Shown here in pieces: positions 52,795-63,300 of a DNA stretch of 64,000 nt. Location of the stretch: the IMG/VR virus record IMGVR_UViG_3300042934_000980, positions 156,496-220,495 of that record; one strand, written 5' to 3'. A program made the position numbers and the translations under genes. Numbering within the stretch: position 1 is the first letter of the stretch; each line of letters opens with the position of its first letter. The notes beneath the pieces were generated by a model. It was not told the DNA's origin, did no database searches, and was given only the letters and a program-made list of their open reading frames with translations.

Positions 52795-53790
52795 ATGAAC
52801 TTAATCAACCACTTGGGGGTGGGCACCGTCGCGAGTACGAAGCAGACAGGCACCCATGAGATCATGGTGTACTTGCCAGGCTTTGCTCCGCAGGCCGATG
52901 GTCGAGTGGTGGCAACTGCTAAGGAAGTCGAAAAGACCAGCCAGAATGCTTACGGGGAAGAGACCAAGAGCAAGGTCTTAACCTCCAACACCTTTCCGGC
53001 TGAATGGCGAGCGATGGGCGACACCAACCGGGTTACGTCCCCGGATGTGCGTGAAGGCTCTCAAGTCTCTATCTACCAGGTCAGTGGGCAGAACAAGTAC
53101 TACTGGACCACGTGGGGCATCAACGCGGAAACCATGCGCCTTGAAACGGTGGTGATGGGCTTTCAAGCCAACCCCGCCCAAGGTGAGGACACCCCGTTTA
53201 ACATCGACAACTTCTACACCCTGACCGTCTCCACCCACGAAGGCTTTATGGCCTTGCGCACCACCCAGCAGAACAACGAGAAGACCACCTTTGAAGTCAA
53301 GGTCGACGCCATGAACGGCAAGATCATGATCGGCGGCGGTTACCGTAACTACTTAGTGTTTGACGACGTGGCGCGTTCGTTCACCTACAAGAACGCGGAC
53401 GAGTCGGTCTTTGACATCAACAAGAAAAAGATCACCGTGGTCTGCGAAGATTCGATTACCTTCGCCCCCAAAGAAACCTTCAGCATCAAAACCACCAACT
53501 TCAATCTGCTGTGCAACAAGATTGGGATTAAGGCGGATGAGGCTGACATTCATATTGGGGAGACCCGCTGGAACGGTAACATCATTCACACCGGTGATTA
53601 CGACCAGACAGGGGACTACACCCAAGCCGGCGACACTAACCGTACTGGCAACTCTACATCCACTGGGACGGTGATCGGGGCTAAAGGGGTCTTTACCGCC
53701 CTTAACAGCCTAGACGCTCACTTCCATGGCGGTGTGCGTACTGGCGATGGCACCACCAGCCAACCGGTACCTGGTACTGGCGCAGGGTAA
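52795..53790 (+). CDS. baseplate central spike / tail tip (gpV, phiKZ gp164-like)
   Basis: 6-residue beta-helix repeats TGDYDQTGDYTQAGD and apex HFH motif; divergent from SbcC as in phiKZ-like phages. Confidence 0.8.
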   Translation: MNLINHLGVGTVASTKQTGTHEIMVYLPGFAPQADGRVVATAKEVEKTSQNAYGEETKSKVLTSNTFPAEWRAMGDTNRVTSPDVREGSQVSIYQVSGQNKYYWTTWGINAETMRLETVVMGFQANPAQGEDTPFNIDNFYTLTVSTHEGFMALRTTQQNNEKTTFEVKVDAMNGKIMIGGGYRNYLVFDDVARSFTYKNADESVFDINKKKITVVCEDSITFAPKETFSIKTTNFNLLCNKIGIKADEADIHIGETRWNGNIIHTGDYDQTGDYTQAGDTNRTGNSTSTGTVIGAKGVFTALNSLDAHFHGGVRTGDGTTSQPVPGTGAG

Positions 53791-53798
53791 TAACCGTA

Positions 53799-53832
53799 CT
53801 ACCCCAAGCCCTTTTGCAGGGGCTTGGGGTAG
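53799..53832. terminator. bidirectional terminator
   Basis: CTACCCCAAGCCC/GGGCTTGGGGTAG between convergent genes. Confidence 0.8.
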
Positions 53833-53844
53833 GGGTTATGTTTG

Positions 53845-56715
53845 CTACTTCACATCTCGACGGGTAAAGAACTGGTTAGTCCCCAAGTTACCGTCATCTT
53901 GGAACACCGGAATGGCCGAACCTTGTCGCGTTGCGCTGACTTGGTGATCGTACATGACCAAGAAGTCCTTGTTCAATTCCAAGATCCCATTGCGGGCAAT
54001 CCCGAACATGACTTCGTTGTTACCTGGTTCACGCCGGATGGTTTGAGCAATCGCCGTCACCGCACCTGCTTGCCGTACCAAGTAGCAGTAGTACGTCCCC
54101 GTTGTACCGACTTTGACTGCGTAGTCTTTGTCAAGTATGTAGGTTCTGCCGCTGAGCACCACCCGCGTGCCGGAAGGTAGCCGCACCCAACCGGCTTCAT
54201 TGACCTCGTAAGGGTCCATGAAACTGGCACCACCCACTTCGCGCAGGTTGGTGGCAAACGCCCCACTGTTGCCGTCGTACTGGTAGACCCCTTTGTTGGG
54301 GATCAACAAGGCAGGGAACAACTCTTCGACCAAGTCAAATTGTTGCGTGCCGCTGTACAACCGTGCAGGGTTTACGCCACCTGCCGCGAACACAGGGGCT
54401 CCGGTAAAGCCTGTGACCGAGAAACTCACATCGCCGTACACTTCACCAAACGCCCGGGTCAACACAAACGAGTACACGTCTGCCGAGGTGCGTGTTACCA
54501 GCAGGTCCGAAGACTTGCTCCACACATCGTCGCCTGACTGCGAAGTCCGCGAAGTCCCTACCGGTACAGCCGCATTACCCGGTGTGACTCGGGTCAGGGG
54601 CAGACTCCCAGTGGTCACGTTCTGCAGGGTAAAAACATTGCCCGCAAGGGTAAACGGACTTACCCCGGCTTCAGCGTAGTTCAACCCGTCAGTAAAGACC
54701 ACCAAGGCTCGGTTGGCTGTGATCGCAAAGACTTGGATCTGCGGGACACGCAGCTTGTCATTGAGGTCCGGGTAGAGCCCCCGGGCCCGGGTGGTGACTT
54801 GAGACAGCAATGCGGTCAGACCGTTCTTGCTGTCTCGCGCCAGTGCAACATCCGCCCCCACCGTAAAGCTGCGGGTGTTGGCGCTGTACGCCACCGACGC
54901 CTTGCCGGTGAAGTTGTTGCCCGTGGTAAAGCACAGCCCGTCCAAGGACACACCCGTTGCAGCTTTGTTGACGAGCACCCGAAGCGAACTTGGGATGTTA
55001 GCCACCACCTTGTTCTCTTCCAACTGGTCCGGAGTCCGGATACCAAACTTCCCGTCACCGGTAGTCACCCCCACAGGACTGGCCGACGACCACGCCACGT
55101 TGCGCCATTCGTAGCGCCCATTAGACGGATCGGCGCAGTAGCTTAGAAAGCTTATGGAGGTTGCGTCACTGCCCACCGGAATGATCCGCTCAGGCACTGC
55201 ACCAAACGGCTGGTGGCGTGCTGGAGCGTAGATTTCAGTGGAAGCGTACTTGACGTTGATGTTACCCCGATCACTTCCCACAAAGGCTTTAAGGCCTGCG
55301 TGGCTGCTTTTGTAGCGCTTGGTGCGTAGTGCGTACTTGGTGGTCGCAGCTTTGACCACATCCCCCGAGTTCAGCACCACCCCAGGCCACTGCGACATGT
55401 CCATGAAGTTGAACGGATCGGTGGCCTTGAAAAAGCTTGGGGTGCCTTTCAAGGTCAGGTCCGCTTGCAGTACATCCTTGGTGCGGCTACCCAGTTGCTT
55501 GAAGATTGCCGAACCGCCTGCCACCAGTTTACCCGGTTGCACCGATTCGGTGAACTCCAAGGTAAAGACCTTGCTCACCCCGTTTAAGGTTGCCGTGACC
55601 GGCACCGCCACGTGCAGGTGCAGCTCCACATCCTGAGCGTTCCAGTACAAGGCGCTGGAAGGGCTCCCTAGGGCGAGTGTAGTGCCCGCCGGTACATCGA
55701 GGAAGTCCGCTGCGTTGTAGCTGTGAGAACCGATTGCAGGCGCACTGTAAGTGGCTTTGTTGATCTGGTCGAACGTTGCAGGGTAGGCGGTGGTGACAAC
55801 CGGCACCATGTTGGGGTTGGTGTTGATCGCATCGACGTAGAAGAACGAGTGATGGATCGTCAGAGTGCCCCCTGCCACGGCCAAACTGATTGCCAGTCCC
55901 TTAAAGGTGTAGCTGCCGAAAGCTTTGTACAGCAGGTAATTACGCTCGCCTGCCGGCAACCCCAAAGAGTTGATGAACTGGTAGACCTTCTTGTCCGCCA
56001 AAGAGCGGAAGAAGTTGGTCCGGCCGTTGGAGCTGTCGCAGCCCGTCTGGTTCCACCCCCGGCCTTGGTAGAGGCTGGTGATGTTGACAATCTCTGCCAG
56101 GCGTGTTTTTGCGCTGGTTTTGGTAGCGCCGCTGTAGAACAGGGTTTGCCGGCTGAACTGTGCGCCGTCTGAGACGGGCTGGAAGATCAACCGGTCGCCG
56201 TTGAACAACACCGGTGCTCTGGCCCCTTGGTTGAAGTAACGCGTCCCCAGCACAGTATCAGGTACTGCCACGGGGTATTCGTCGGGGGTGTAGAGTGAAG
56301 CCAGTTGGAAGACGTCGTTAAGTTGCAGGTTGGTGGTGACAAACTGCGCGTTGTTCTGCACAATCGCCTGTCGTGCCCCTTGAGGGGTAACGTAAGCGTT
56401 GACGTTGGCAAAGGCAATTTGTTCAGCCAAGGTAGCAGTGCGAAAGTTGTCCTTCTTACTCAGCCCTACGGTGACCTTGGTTTCGCCGTGCGCAGCGCCC
56501 CGTTTGGCCACGTGCGTATCCGACAACCCTGTCACGCTTGCCACATAGCCGTCGATAAACGTGTTGAGGTCGGTGATGCGCTGCTTGACCGTCTTGTTGA
56601 AGTTTTCCGTGGCTTCTCGGGTCACCCGATCCAGTTCGTTGAGGGTAACAATCACCTCACCGAATTCAGGTTCCGGTTGTTCCACAAAGGGGGGTTCTCC
56701 GCCCAGAATAATCAT
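53845..56715 (-). CDS. large tail-fibre/baseplate structural protein
   Basis: 956 aa; H..K.GAAHGETK.TVGL..KDNF.TAT motif. Confidence 0.8.
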   Translation of the reverse strand: MIILGGEPPFVEQPEPEFGEVIVTLNELDRVTREATENFNKTVKQRITDLNTFIDGYVASVTGLSDTHVAKRGAAHGETKVTVGLSKKDNFRTATLAEQIAFANVNAYVTPQGARQAIVQNNAQFVTTNLQLNDVFQLASLYTPDEYPVAVPDTVLGTRYFNQGARAPVLFNGDRLIFQPVSDGAQFSRQTLFYSGATKTSAKTRLAEIVNITSLYQGRGWNQTGCDSSNGRTNFFRSLADKKVYQFINSLGLPAGERNYLLYKAFGSYTFKGLAISLAVAGGTLTIHHSFFYVDAINTNPNMVPVVTTAYPATFDQINKATYSAPAIGSHSYNAADFLDVPAGTTLALGSPSSALYWNAQDVELHLHVAVPVTATLNGVSKVFTLEFTESVQPGKLVAGGSAIFKQLGSRTKDVLQADLTLKGTPSFFKATDPFNFMDMSQWPGVVLNSGDVVKAATTKYALRTKRYKSSHAGLKAFVGSDRGNINVKYASTEIYAPARHQPFGAVPERIIPVGSDATSISFLSYCADPSNGRYEWRNVAWSSASPVGVTTGDGKFGIRTPDQLEENKVVANIPSSLRVLVNKAATGVSLDGLCFTTGNNFTGKASVAYSANTRSFTVGADVALARDSKNGLTALLSQVTTRARGLYPDLNDKLRVPQIQVFAITANRALVVFTDGLNYAEAGVSPFTLAGNVFTLQNVTTGSLPLTRVTPGNAAVPVGTSRTSQSGDDVWSKSSDLLVTRTSADVYSFVLTRAFGEVYGDVSFSVTGFTGAPVFAAGGVNPARLYSGTQQFDLVEELFPALLIPNKGVYQYDGNSGAFATNLREVGGASFMDPYEVNEAGWVRLPSGTRVVLSGRTYILDKDYAVKVGTTGTYYCYLVRQAGAVTAIAQTIRREPGNNEVMFGIARNGILELNKDFLVMYDHQVSATRQGSAIPVFQDDGNLGTNQFFTRRDVK

Positions 56716-56745
56716 CGTGCTACTCCATTCTTGGTGAGGGAGAAT

Positions 56746-56765
56746 CCGGGGGAATGCTCCCCCGG
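56746..56765 (-). terminator. hairpin between fibre genes
   Basis: CCGGGGGA-ATGC-TCCCCCGG. Confidence 0.6.
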
Positions 56766-56770
56766 GGTGG

Positions 56771-59700
56771 TTAGTTCAACAGCTCCGCACTGCGCACGAA
56801 GTAGAAATCACCTTCGTCTTGTGGGAAGCCTGCCGAGATAGGAATGATCCCACCTTCACGGGTGTAGCTGAGCAGGTACTCCCCGATCATGAACGGCTGG
56901 TGCCGGGTGATGGTCAAGATCTGCTTTTGGTTAGTGACCAAGGTGGCGCCTTTAAGCAGGGTGCCCGACTTACGCAGGGCAATGCTTGAGATGATCCACT
57001 GGGGGGTGTCGTCTTCAATGGTGGCGTACACGTAGAACGTTTTGTTCTGCGGGGCAGTGTCAATGTCCCGCAAATCAAAGGTGCCGCCTGGCAGGGTGTA
57101 CATCGTGCCGTTGAAGATGACCCGAATCCCTTCCTGGATAAACACCAGCCACCCGGTCTCAGGGTACACCGACCCCAGCATGTACTGCGCCGCGCCTTTC
57201 TTAAAGATCGACGCCCCACCGCCTGTGTAAAGGAACGGGTCGGGACCCACTTCGCTGATCAAGCCATTGGCCAAGGTGACCGTGTCGCTCAACCCCAATC
57301 GTGGAATCATCGCCGCCATTTCACCCCAACCACCCCAACGCCCACCAGTAGCCAAGTTGCCAAGCTGGTTGGTGGACAGGTTTAGGTCCATGATGAACCG
57401 CATGGGGTTGTTGCCCTCATCAGAGGTGGTGACGGTGTAACCGCCAATCCCGTAGATCTTCAGGTTGTTGCCGTCGCGGTAGATCGACAGGAAGGTCTTG
57501 GTCAGGTTGCCGTGGTACAGCTGCTGCCCGTAACCGTCCTGCTTGTTGCGGTTGGCACTGGCGTTGTACTGTGAGATGGCGTGCAGGAACGTGTAGTCCT
57601 TGATCCAGTACACCCCTGGGTGGTCAGCGTTGGGGGCTTCCACCACCGGCCGGGCCAAGATCATTTCCCCGCCAAACTTACCGTTGCCGTCGTTGACCCA
57701 GTTGACCATGATCAGCATCAGGTTCAGGTTGCGGAACATGTACCCAGCTTCGGCTCCCAACATGTAGACGGTGAAGGACCATTTGTTGGTACGCCCCTCG
57801 GCCGGCACAAAGGTGTAGAGCTTGTCAATCAACGCCTGTCGCATCCCGTAGAAGCTATCGGGGGTAAAGGTTGCTGTTTTGGCTAACTCATCAATGCTGC
57901 GTGTGTGCGTACGAGGCCAAGAGATCTTGACGTTGCCGCTGGCTGGGGCACGCATGGCTGCGTTAACGGGTAAGAACTCATTGGGGTACATGGAACTGTA
58001 CCCACCCACCGACAACGACAGGCTGCCCTGTTCCACCCCGGCGGCCGCCAGTTCTGCGGCAGACCCTGTGATGTTGATGTAGCCATCTTCATGGCGCAGG
58101 TTGGCCTTGTAGATGGTGGTCACCAACGGGCGGGAGTAGACGTTGCCCAAGGTCAGGTTGTTCACCCCTTCCCGGATAGCGTAATCCCCTGCTACCCGAC
58201 GGTAGTAAGCCTGACGCACCCCGGTCTCTTGGTCCAAAGCTTCAAACAGTTCACCTTCAGGGTCATACGCCACAGTAGCCGGCGACGTGCCATTCAGGGT
58301 GGCCGGTTTGATCTTGGGGACAATACGTTCTGCACGGGTGTAGCTGACCACATCCGTTGCCCAGCTGCGTTCCATCACCGCTGGCGCGGTATCAAGCCCT
58401 GCCATCTTGAGCACCACCAACTGGGTGGGGAACAAGATGCCGGCTTCCACCACACTGCTGCACACCAAATGCCCGCTGGGCAGCAGCACGGTGGCAGGGC
58501 AGGTGTAACTGACCATCAACGGATCAAGGACTGAGTACCTAGCCCGTTGGTTGCCCGCACCGGTGTCTTTGGAGTCCACGTTCTGTGCCGGAGACTTCAT
58601 GGTCATGGAGAACACCCCCGTAGCGGGGTTGACCTCGTACTGCACTTCCATAATGGTGGCAATGGTGTTGGTGTCAGGTAGCTCCCGGTATGCCAAGTGC
58701 CAGTACTGCATTTGGCGCAGGTAGCAGATCCCGTTACCGTTGGGCTTTTCCAATGAGACGTGGAGCACCCGACGGATCTGGGCAAAGGTGGTCAGCGGCA
58801 GGCTGGGGGTCCAAGGACCCACCCGAACTACCCGATCACCGGCGGCGTTCAGGGTAGGCTTGCACAACTGCATGTAGTCGGCGTTGCTGAACGACTCACC
58901 GTGCCAGTTCTGGTAGGTAAGTCGCATCTTCTCCCACGCAATGGGTACCCCGTTGCGCACATCAGCGGTCTTGCAGCGGAAGAACTGCTGACGGCTGACG
59001 TTACCCAACCCTTCGTACGCCAAGTAGCTTTGGATCAGCACGATGTATTCACCCATCAGGTGGATCGTTGCCAAATCATGCTGGGTCCAAGGACTGCCAA
59101 AGACGTTGATCACCGCGGTCATGTCACACTTGACAAAAGCGTGAGAGCCTGGGTCAAAGGTGCCGTTGGTCAAGGCCAGGTACCAGTTGTTGGTGTTGCG
59201 CTGCCCCACCAAGATCACTTGGTTACCGCTACCCCCCACAATGGCGTCCACTTCCACGCCCTGAGACTGCAAGGTCGGCGGGGCGTACTTGTAGTTGGTG
59301 TACTTCACCACACTGCCCGGTTTGTCGTAGTCGTTCACCGTGCTGAAGTACAATCCCTTGGTACGACCGTCCAAGTGGTTGGTCAACATCATCAACACAC
59401 CGCTGGGTTCCAAGCACAGGCCAGACACTTCGTTCACCTGCCCCATGCCCTCAAACGAGCCGCTGATGGTGGGTGGGATAAACGTCTCACCACCCAGTCG
59501 GCTCAACGGCACGATGCCTGAACGCATCACCCCACTGGTGTCCGGCTCCAAGCTCTTGGCAAGTTCCTGAACCCCTAGGGGGGTACTGAACACATCGCTG
59601 CGCGTACCGGCCAAGTCTTCGGCGGGGGTAGCTGTGGCGAAGTTATCCACGTTGCCCAAGTCCACGTCAAACTTGGTCATGCCGTGGGGGTTGTAGTAGT

Positions 59701-60328
59701 TCCCGTCGTGCGCCTTCATCTTGGCTAGCACTTGGTCTTTGACCGGCTTGAGCAAGCTGTAAGCCCGGTCTACTGCGCTGGTGGCGTCGTCATTGAGCCC
59801 GGTGTCTTTGTTGTGCTGAGCGGTGGCCAGCAGTTTAAAGAACCAAGTCAGCTCGTACCAATCGGTGATCTCTTCTTTGGCGTTGTGCAGGTGGGAGGAA
59901 GGTGGCAAGGTCGCCGGGACTTTAAACACCTTGCTCCATGGGATGGGGCGGTTACCGCTGCGAATAGCGTCGAGCCATTCTTGCAGGTTGTTGCGTGGAA
60001 CAAAGTACGCCCCGATCGATTGGTAGTCGATGGAGACGGTTTTGTTGTTTTTCAAGATCTCGTCTGACAGCCGAATAAAGCTGCAGATCGAACGACCGGA
60101 GACGAGGCAGAGGGGTGGGAATTCACCCTCAAAGAAGTAGTCCCGGCCCAGCTTCATTTCCGCACCGCTCTGGTCGTAGACCGTGGTCAGTGCAGCTTCT
60201 GCGAAGAAGGGGGATCCGTTGGGGATGATCCACTCACACGTCTTGTCGACGGGAATGCGTTCACCCGGAATTGAGTTAACCGGGTTGGTGCCATGAATGT
60301 CAAACTGTACCAGCCTGATCGGTTCCAT
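56771..60328 (-). CDS. large tail-fibre/baseplate structural protein (paralog of 60399..63959)
   Basis: 1185 aa from MEPIR; NPHG..VDNFATAT, FIPP.I.GSFEG.G, SVYPE.GW..F, DLRDID.AP.NKTFYVYA. Confidence 0.85.
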   Translation of the reverse strand: MEPIRLVQFDIHGTNPVNSIPGERIPVDKTCEWIIPNGSPFFAEAALTTVYDQSGAEMKLGRDYFFEGEFPPLCLVSGRSICSFIRLSDEILKNNKTVSIDYQSIGAYFVPRNNLQEWLDAIRSGNRPIPWSKVFKVPATLPPSSHLHNAKEEITDWYELTWFFKLLATAQHNKDTGLNDDATSAVDRAYSLLKPVKDQVLAKMKAHDGNYYNPHGMTKFDVDLGNVDNFATATPAEDLAGTRSDVFSTPLGVQELAKSLEPDTSGVMRSGIVPLSRLGGETFIPPTISGSFEGMGQVNEVSGLCLEPSGVLMMLTNHLDGRTKGLYFSTVNDYDKPGSVVKYTNYKYAPPTLQSQGVEVDAIVGGSGNQVILVGQRNTNNWYLALTNGTFDPGSHAFVKCDMTAVINVFGSPWTQHDLATIHLMGEYIVLIQSYLAYEGLGNVSRQQFFRCKTADVRNGVPIAWEKMRLTYQNWHGESFSNADYMQLCKPTLNAAGDRVVRVGPWTPSLPLTTFAQIRRVLHVSLEKPNGNGICYLRQMQYWHLAYRELPDTNTIATIMEVQYEVNPATGVFSMTMKSPAQNVDSKDTGAGNQRARYSVLDPLMVSYTCPATVLLPSGHLVCSSVVEAGILFPTQLVVLKMAGLDTAPAVMERSWATDVVSYTRAERIVPKIKPATLNGTSPATVAYDPEGELFEALDQETGVRQAYYRRVAGDYAIREGVNNLTLGNVYSRPLVTTIYKANLRHEDGYINITGSAAELAAAGVEQGSLSLSVGGYSSMYPNEFLPVNAAMRAPASGNVKISWPRTHTRSIDELAKTATFTPDSFYGMRQALIDKLYTFVPAEGRTNKWSFTVYMLGAEAGYMFRNLNLMLIMVNWVNDGNGKFGGEMILARPVVEAPNADHPGVYWIKDYTFLHAISQYNASANRNKQDGYGQQLYHGNLTKTFLSIYRDGNNLKIYGIGGYTVTTSDEGNNPMRFIMDLNLSTNQLGNLATGGRWGGWGEMAAMIPRLGLSDTVTLANGLISEVGPDPFLYTGGGASIFKKGAAQYMLGSVYPETGWLVFIQEGIRVIFNGTMYTLPGGTFDLRDIDTAPQNKTFYVYATIEDDTPQWIISSIALRKSGTLLKGATLVTNQKQILTITRHQPFMIGEYLLSYTREGGIIPISAGFPQDEGDFYFVRSAELLN

Positions 60329-60351
60329 TGTGTTAACCTTATAAAGAAAAG

Positions 60352-60388
60352 AAGGGGAAGTGGGAGGGTTGCCCCTCCTACTCCCTTT
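60352..60388 (-). terminator. terminator hairpin
   Basis: GGGAGGG/CCCTCC core with extended purine/pyrimidine arms and T-tail on minus strand. Confidence 0.65.
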
Positions 60389-60398
60389 ACCCTTGGAT

Positions 60399-63300
60399 TT
60401 AAGGAAGCAGCTCCCTTGAATAGATCCAAGGGATTTGACCTTCCTCTGCCACCAAACCAGACGAGGCTGGGATGGAGTTACCGCGCTTGACTTCCGAGAT
60501 CCGGTGGCCATCCAAGGCCAGCACGTTAAAGCGATCCACCGAGACGATTTGGGTGGCGTTGGTCACGGCCGTGGCAACCCACAACTGATAATCCGACTCC
60601 AACCGTTTCTGGGTGGTGACCTCGTACACCGCCTTGCCGTCGCGCAGCACCGCGTACACGTAGAACGTCTTGTTGCCCGGGGCGCTGTCAATGTCTCGCA
60701 AGTCCACCAAGCCGTTCGGGATGGTAAACGTCTTGCCACGAAACACTGCCTGGATTGCGGTTTGGAAGAAAATCACCCAACCCACTTCCGGGTACACCGA
60801 GGCCAGTAGCACGTTATGGCCACTGCCGGCCTTGCGGGCGATGATTCCCGCGCCACCCGTTGATTCCTCGTAAGCGTAGGTTTGGGTGATGCCGTTATCC
60901 GGGGTGACCGCGTACGGCGGGACGTTAACCTGGGTGGAGCGCCACTCTGCCGTTGTCCACCGCTGGGTGTTGCGGTTGTCGTAGCGCAGGGAGATTCCCA
61001 TCCCCACCACGTTACTGTAGGCCCCCGATTGCACTGCTGGATCAAACCAGATATCCAAAGCGTTGCCGTTGAGGTAGTAATAACAGTGTTGGGCGCCTCG
61101 GTTATACCGCACGTCAGGACCTTCACTGTTACCGGTTACCCACCCATCTGCCCACCCGTTGTTCAGTTGACCCGAAGCTGAACCCTCAAAGAGGAAGTGC
61201 GTCTTATCCAGCACCGTGAACCCTGTGACCACCGACCGGGCGCCTTGCGCGCTGTAGGTTGGAGTAATGGTCAGGGTGGTTTGGCGTCTGGAGAAGTTTG
61301 CCCGTTCTGCGTAAGTGATCATCACCACCACAGGGAGCCAACCAAACCTGTTGGTCAACTGCCCATTAGGGTCGCAGATGGTCACCCAGACCTTGGCACT
61401 GCTCTGCATGGAGGCAAGGTTTTCCACCTGCTGCTTGAGCTGGTTAACAATCGTTGCCGGGTACAGGATCTCATGCCCTGGAACCAACGTTGCCGCACCA
61501 TCTGCATCCAAGCGGAAGGTGTGGGTGTCAATCAGCAGGACGTCGTCCAAGCCTACCGCCGGGGTCCAAGCGTCACCCATGGTGTTGCGGTCCGCGTAAC
61601 GCCGTTGCGGGGCCATGCACCATGAAGAGAGGGCTGTCTCGATCCCGTATGCATCCAGCTGGGCAGACGGCACCGACACTGTAGCCCCGCCCAAGTGAGT
61701 GGGTGCCTTGAGCAGACGAATGTCGTTGGTCAACCGGCGACTCCACAAGTCACTGATAAACAGGTTGCTGACGTTGCTTTGGGCTGCGTACTTACCGGTG
61801 ATGTTGCGCAGGTAAAACCCGAGGGCGTCAGAGTTGTCACCCCGGTTGCTGAGAAACACTTCAGCCGTTGGGAACGTCATCGGTGGGCGTGGAGCCACGT
61901 TGTTGGCTGTCGGCGGTACCACGCCTTCGTACGGGGCAACAGACACCTCGTACCCGGTGTTTTGCCAGACCCGGGTGAAGAAGTCATACTTGTTGATGAC
62001 CCCTGCAGGTTTGAGGATCTTGGTGTACCACGGGAACCCACCCGTCTTAAGGCAGCCTGAAGACAAGCAGCGCATGTCATCCAAGCACACCAACCCCACT
62101 TTGGCATCGCCAGTCACCAAAATGTCCCACGGCCCCGTCAGGTAGTTGTTACGCGGGTATTGATCGGCCCAGTTGATCGTGGGAAGCGTTGTCTGGGAGA
62201 TCTTGGTCATGACGTTGGTGTCAGGGTTGAACTCGTAGCACACCTCCAAGAACGCGTAGGTGTACTTGCCGCTTGCCACATCGCCACAGTAGTAGTAGCT
62301 CAGGAATTTCAGGGCAAAGAACCCAGGCTTGTTGGGGTTGGGGGTAGCCAAGGTGCACTGACTGTAGTTAATCCGGGCGTGCTGGTCTTCGTAAGGCTCG
62401 AAGTTAAACAGCAACTTTTTCGTCATCCCCGCACTGCCGCCTGGGAGCATGACACGAGTCCCCCAGCGCCAGACGTTGGTATTGTTCCAGGAATTGTTGT
62501 CAAGGTCAGTAAAGCTTAACGACACCGGTTGGGGTGTCATCTTGACCAGGTTCTTGATCCCTGAGAAACTCACCCGAAACACATGGCGGTACGTCAGGCT
62601 GTAAAACACCTCTTCGCTGGTGTCGGTGGGGTTAGGCCGCGAATGGGCAAAGAAGATGTACACCCAGTCCCCGATCTTGGCAATGCTGCAGGTGTAGAGC
62701 CAGTCGGACATCTTGCGTGTTTGCCAGTCGCTGTAGACCGCTTGGAGCAGCGGGTTCAAGTCGATCTGAGAATACACGTGCTTGGCCGGGTTCATGGTCC
62801 CGTTGGTGACCCCGATGTAAAACAGCTGTTTAGCGCTGTCTGCCACCAGCATCGCTTCGCCGTTACTGCCATTGACGACCATGTCAACGTTAGCCCCGTC
62901 CTGGATAAACTTCTGGTGGTTGTAGCGGTACGCCGAATACATCTGCTTTGGATTGTTGGTGGTGTAGTCTTTGAGCACCGAGAAGTACAGGCCATTGTTC
63001 CGCCCATCCAACCGGTTGCCCACGATCACCACCGAACCGTCATTTTCCAGCGCAAAGGCACAGGTTTCCGCTTTACTACCCAGCCCTTCAAACGACCCGT
63101 CAATCGACGGCGGGATGAAGTTGGTGTTACCAAACTGACTCATCGGCAACACACCGTTTTCCAAGTAGTCCCCTGGGGTGTACCCATAGGTCTCCACGAT
63201 CGACTTTAGGCCGCTGGGGGTCAGGTGCATGTCTTTGCGGGGCTGCAGGGCTTGGGCGGGGGTCGCGGTGGCAAAGTTATCCACCTTCTCCAGCAGCACT

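Noticed and set aside
60329-60511. N-terminal extensions in the ORF track (60511, 52865, 45006, 26101, 34676, 42996, 19471)
   Set aside because: They overlap upstream genes or terminator hairpins; downstream starts fit SD sequences or stop/start overlaps better
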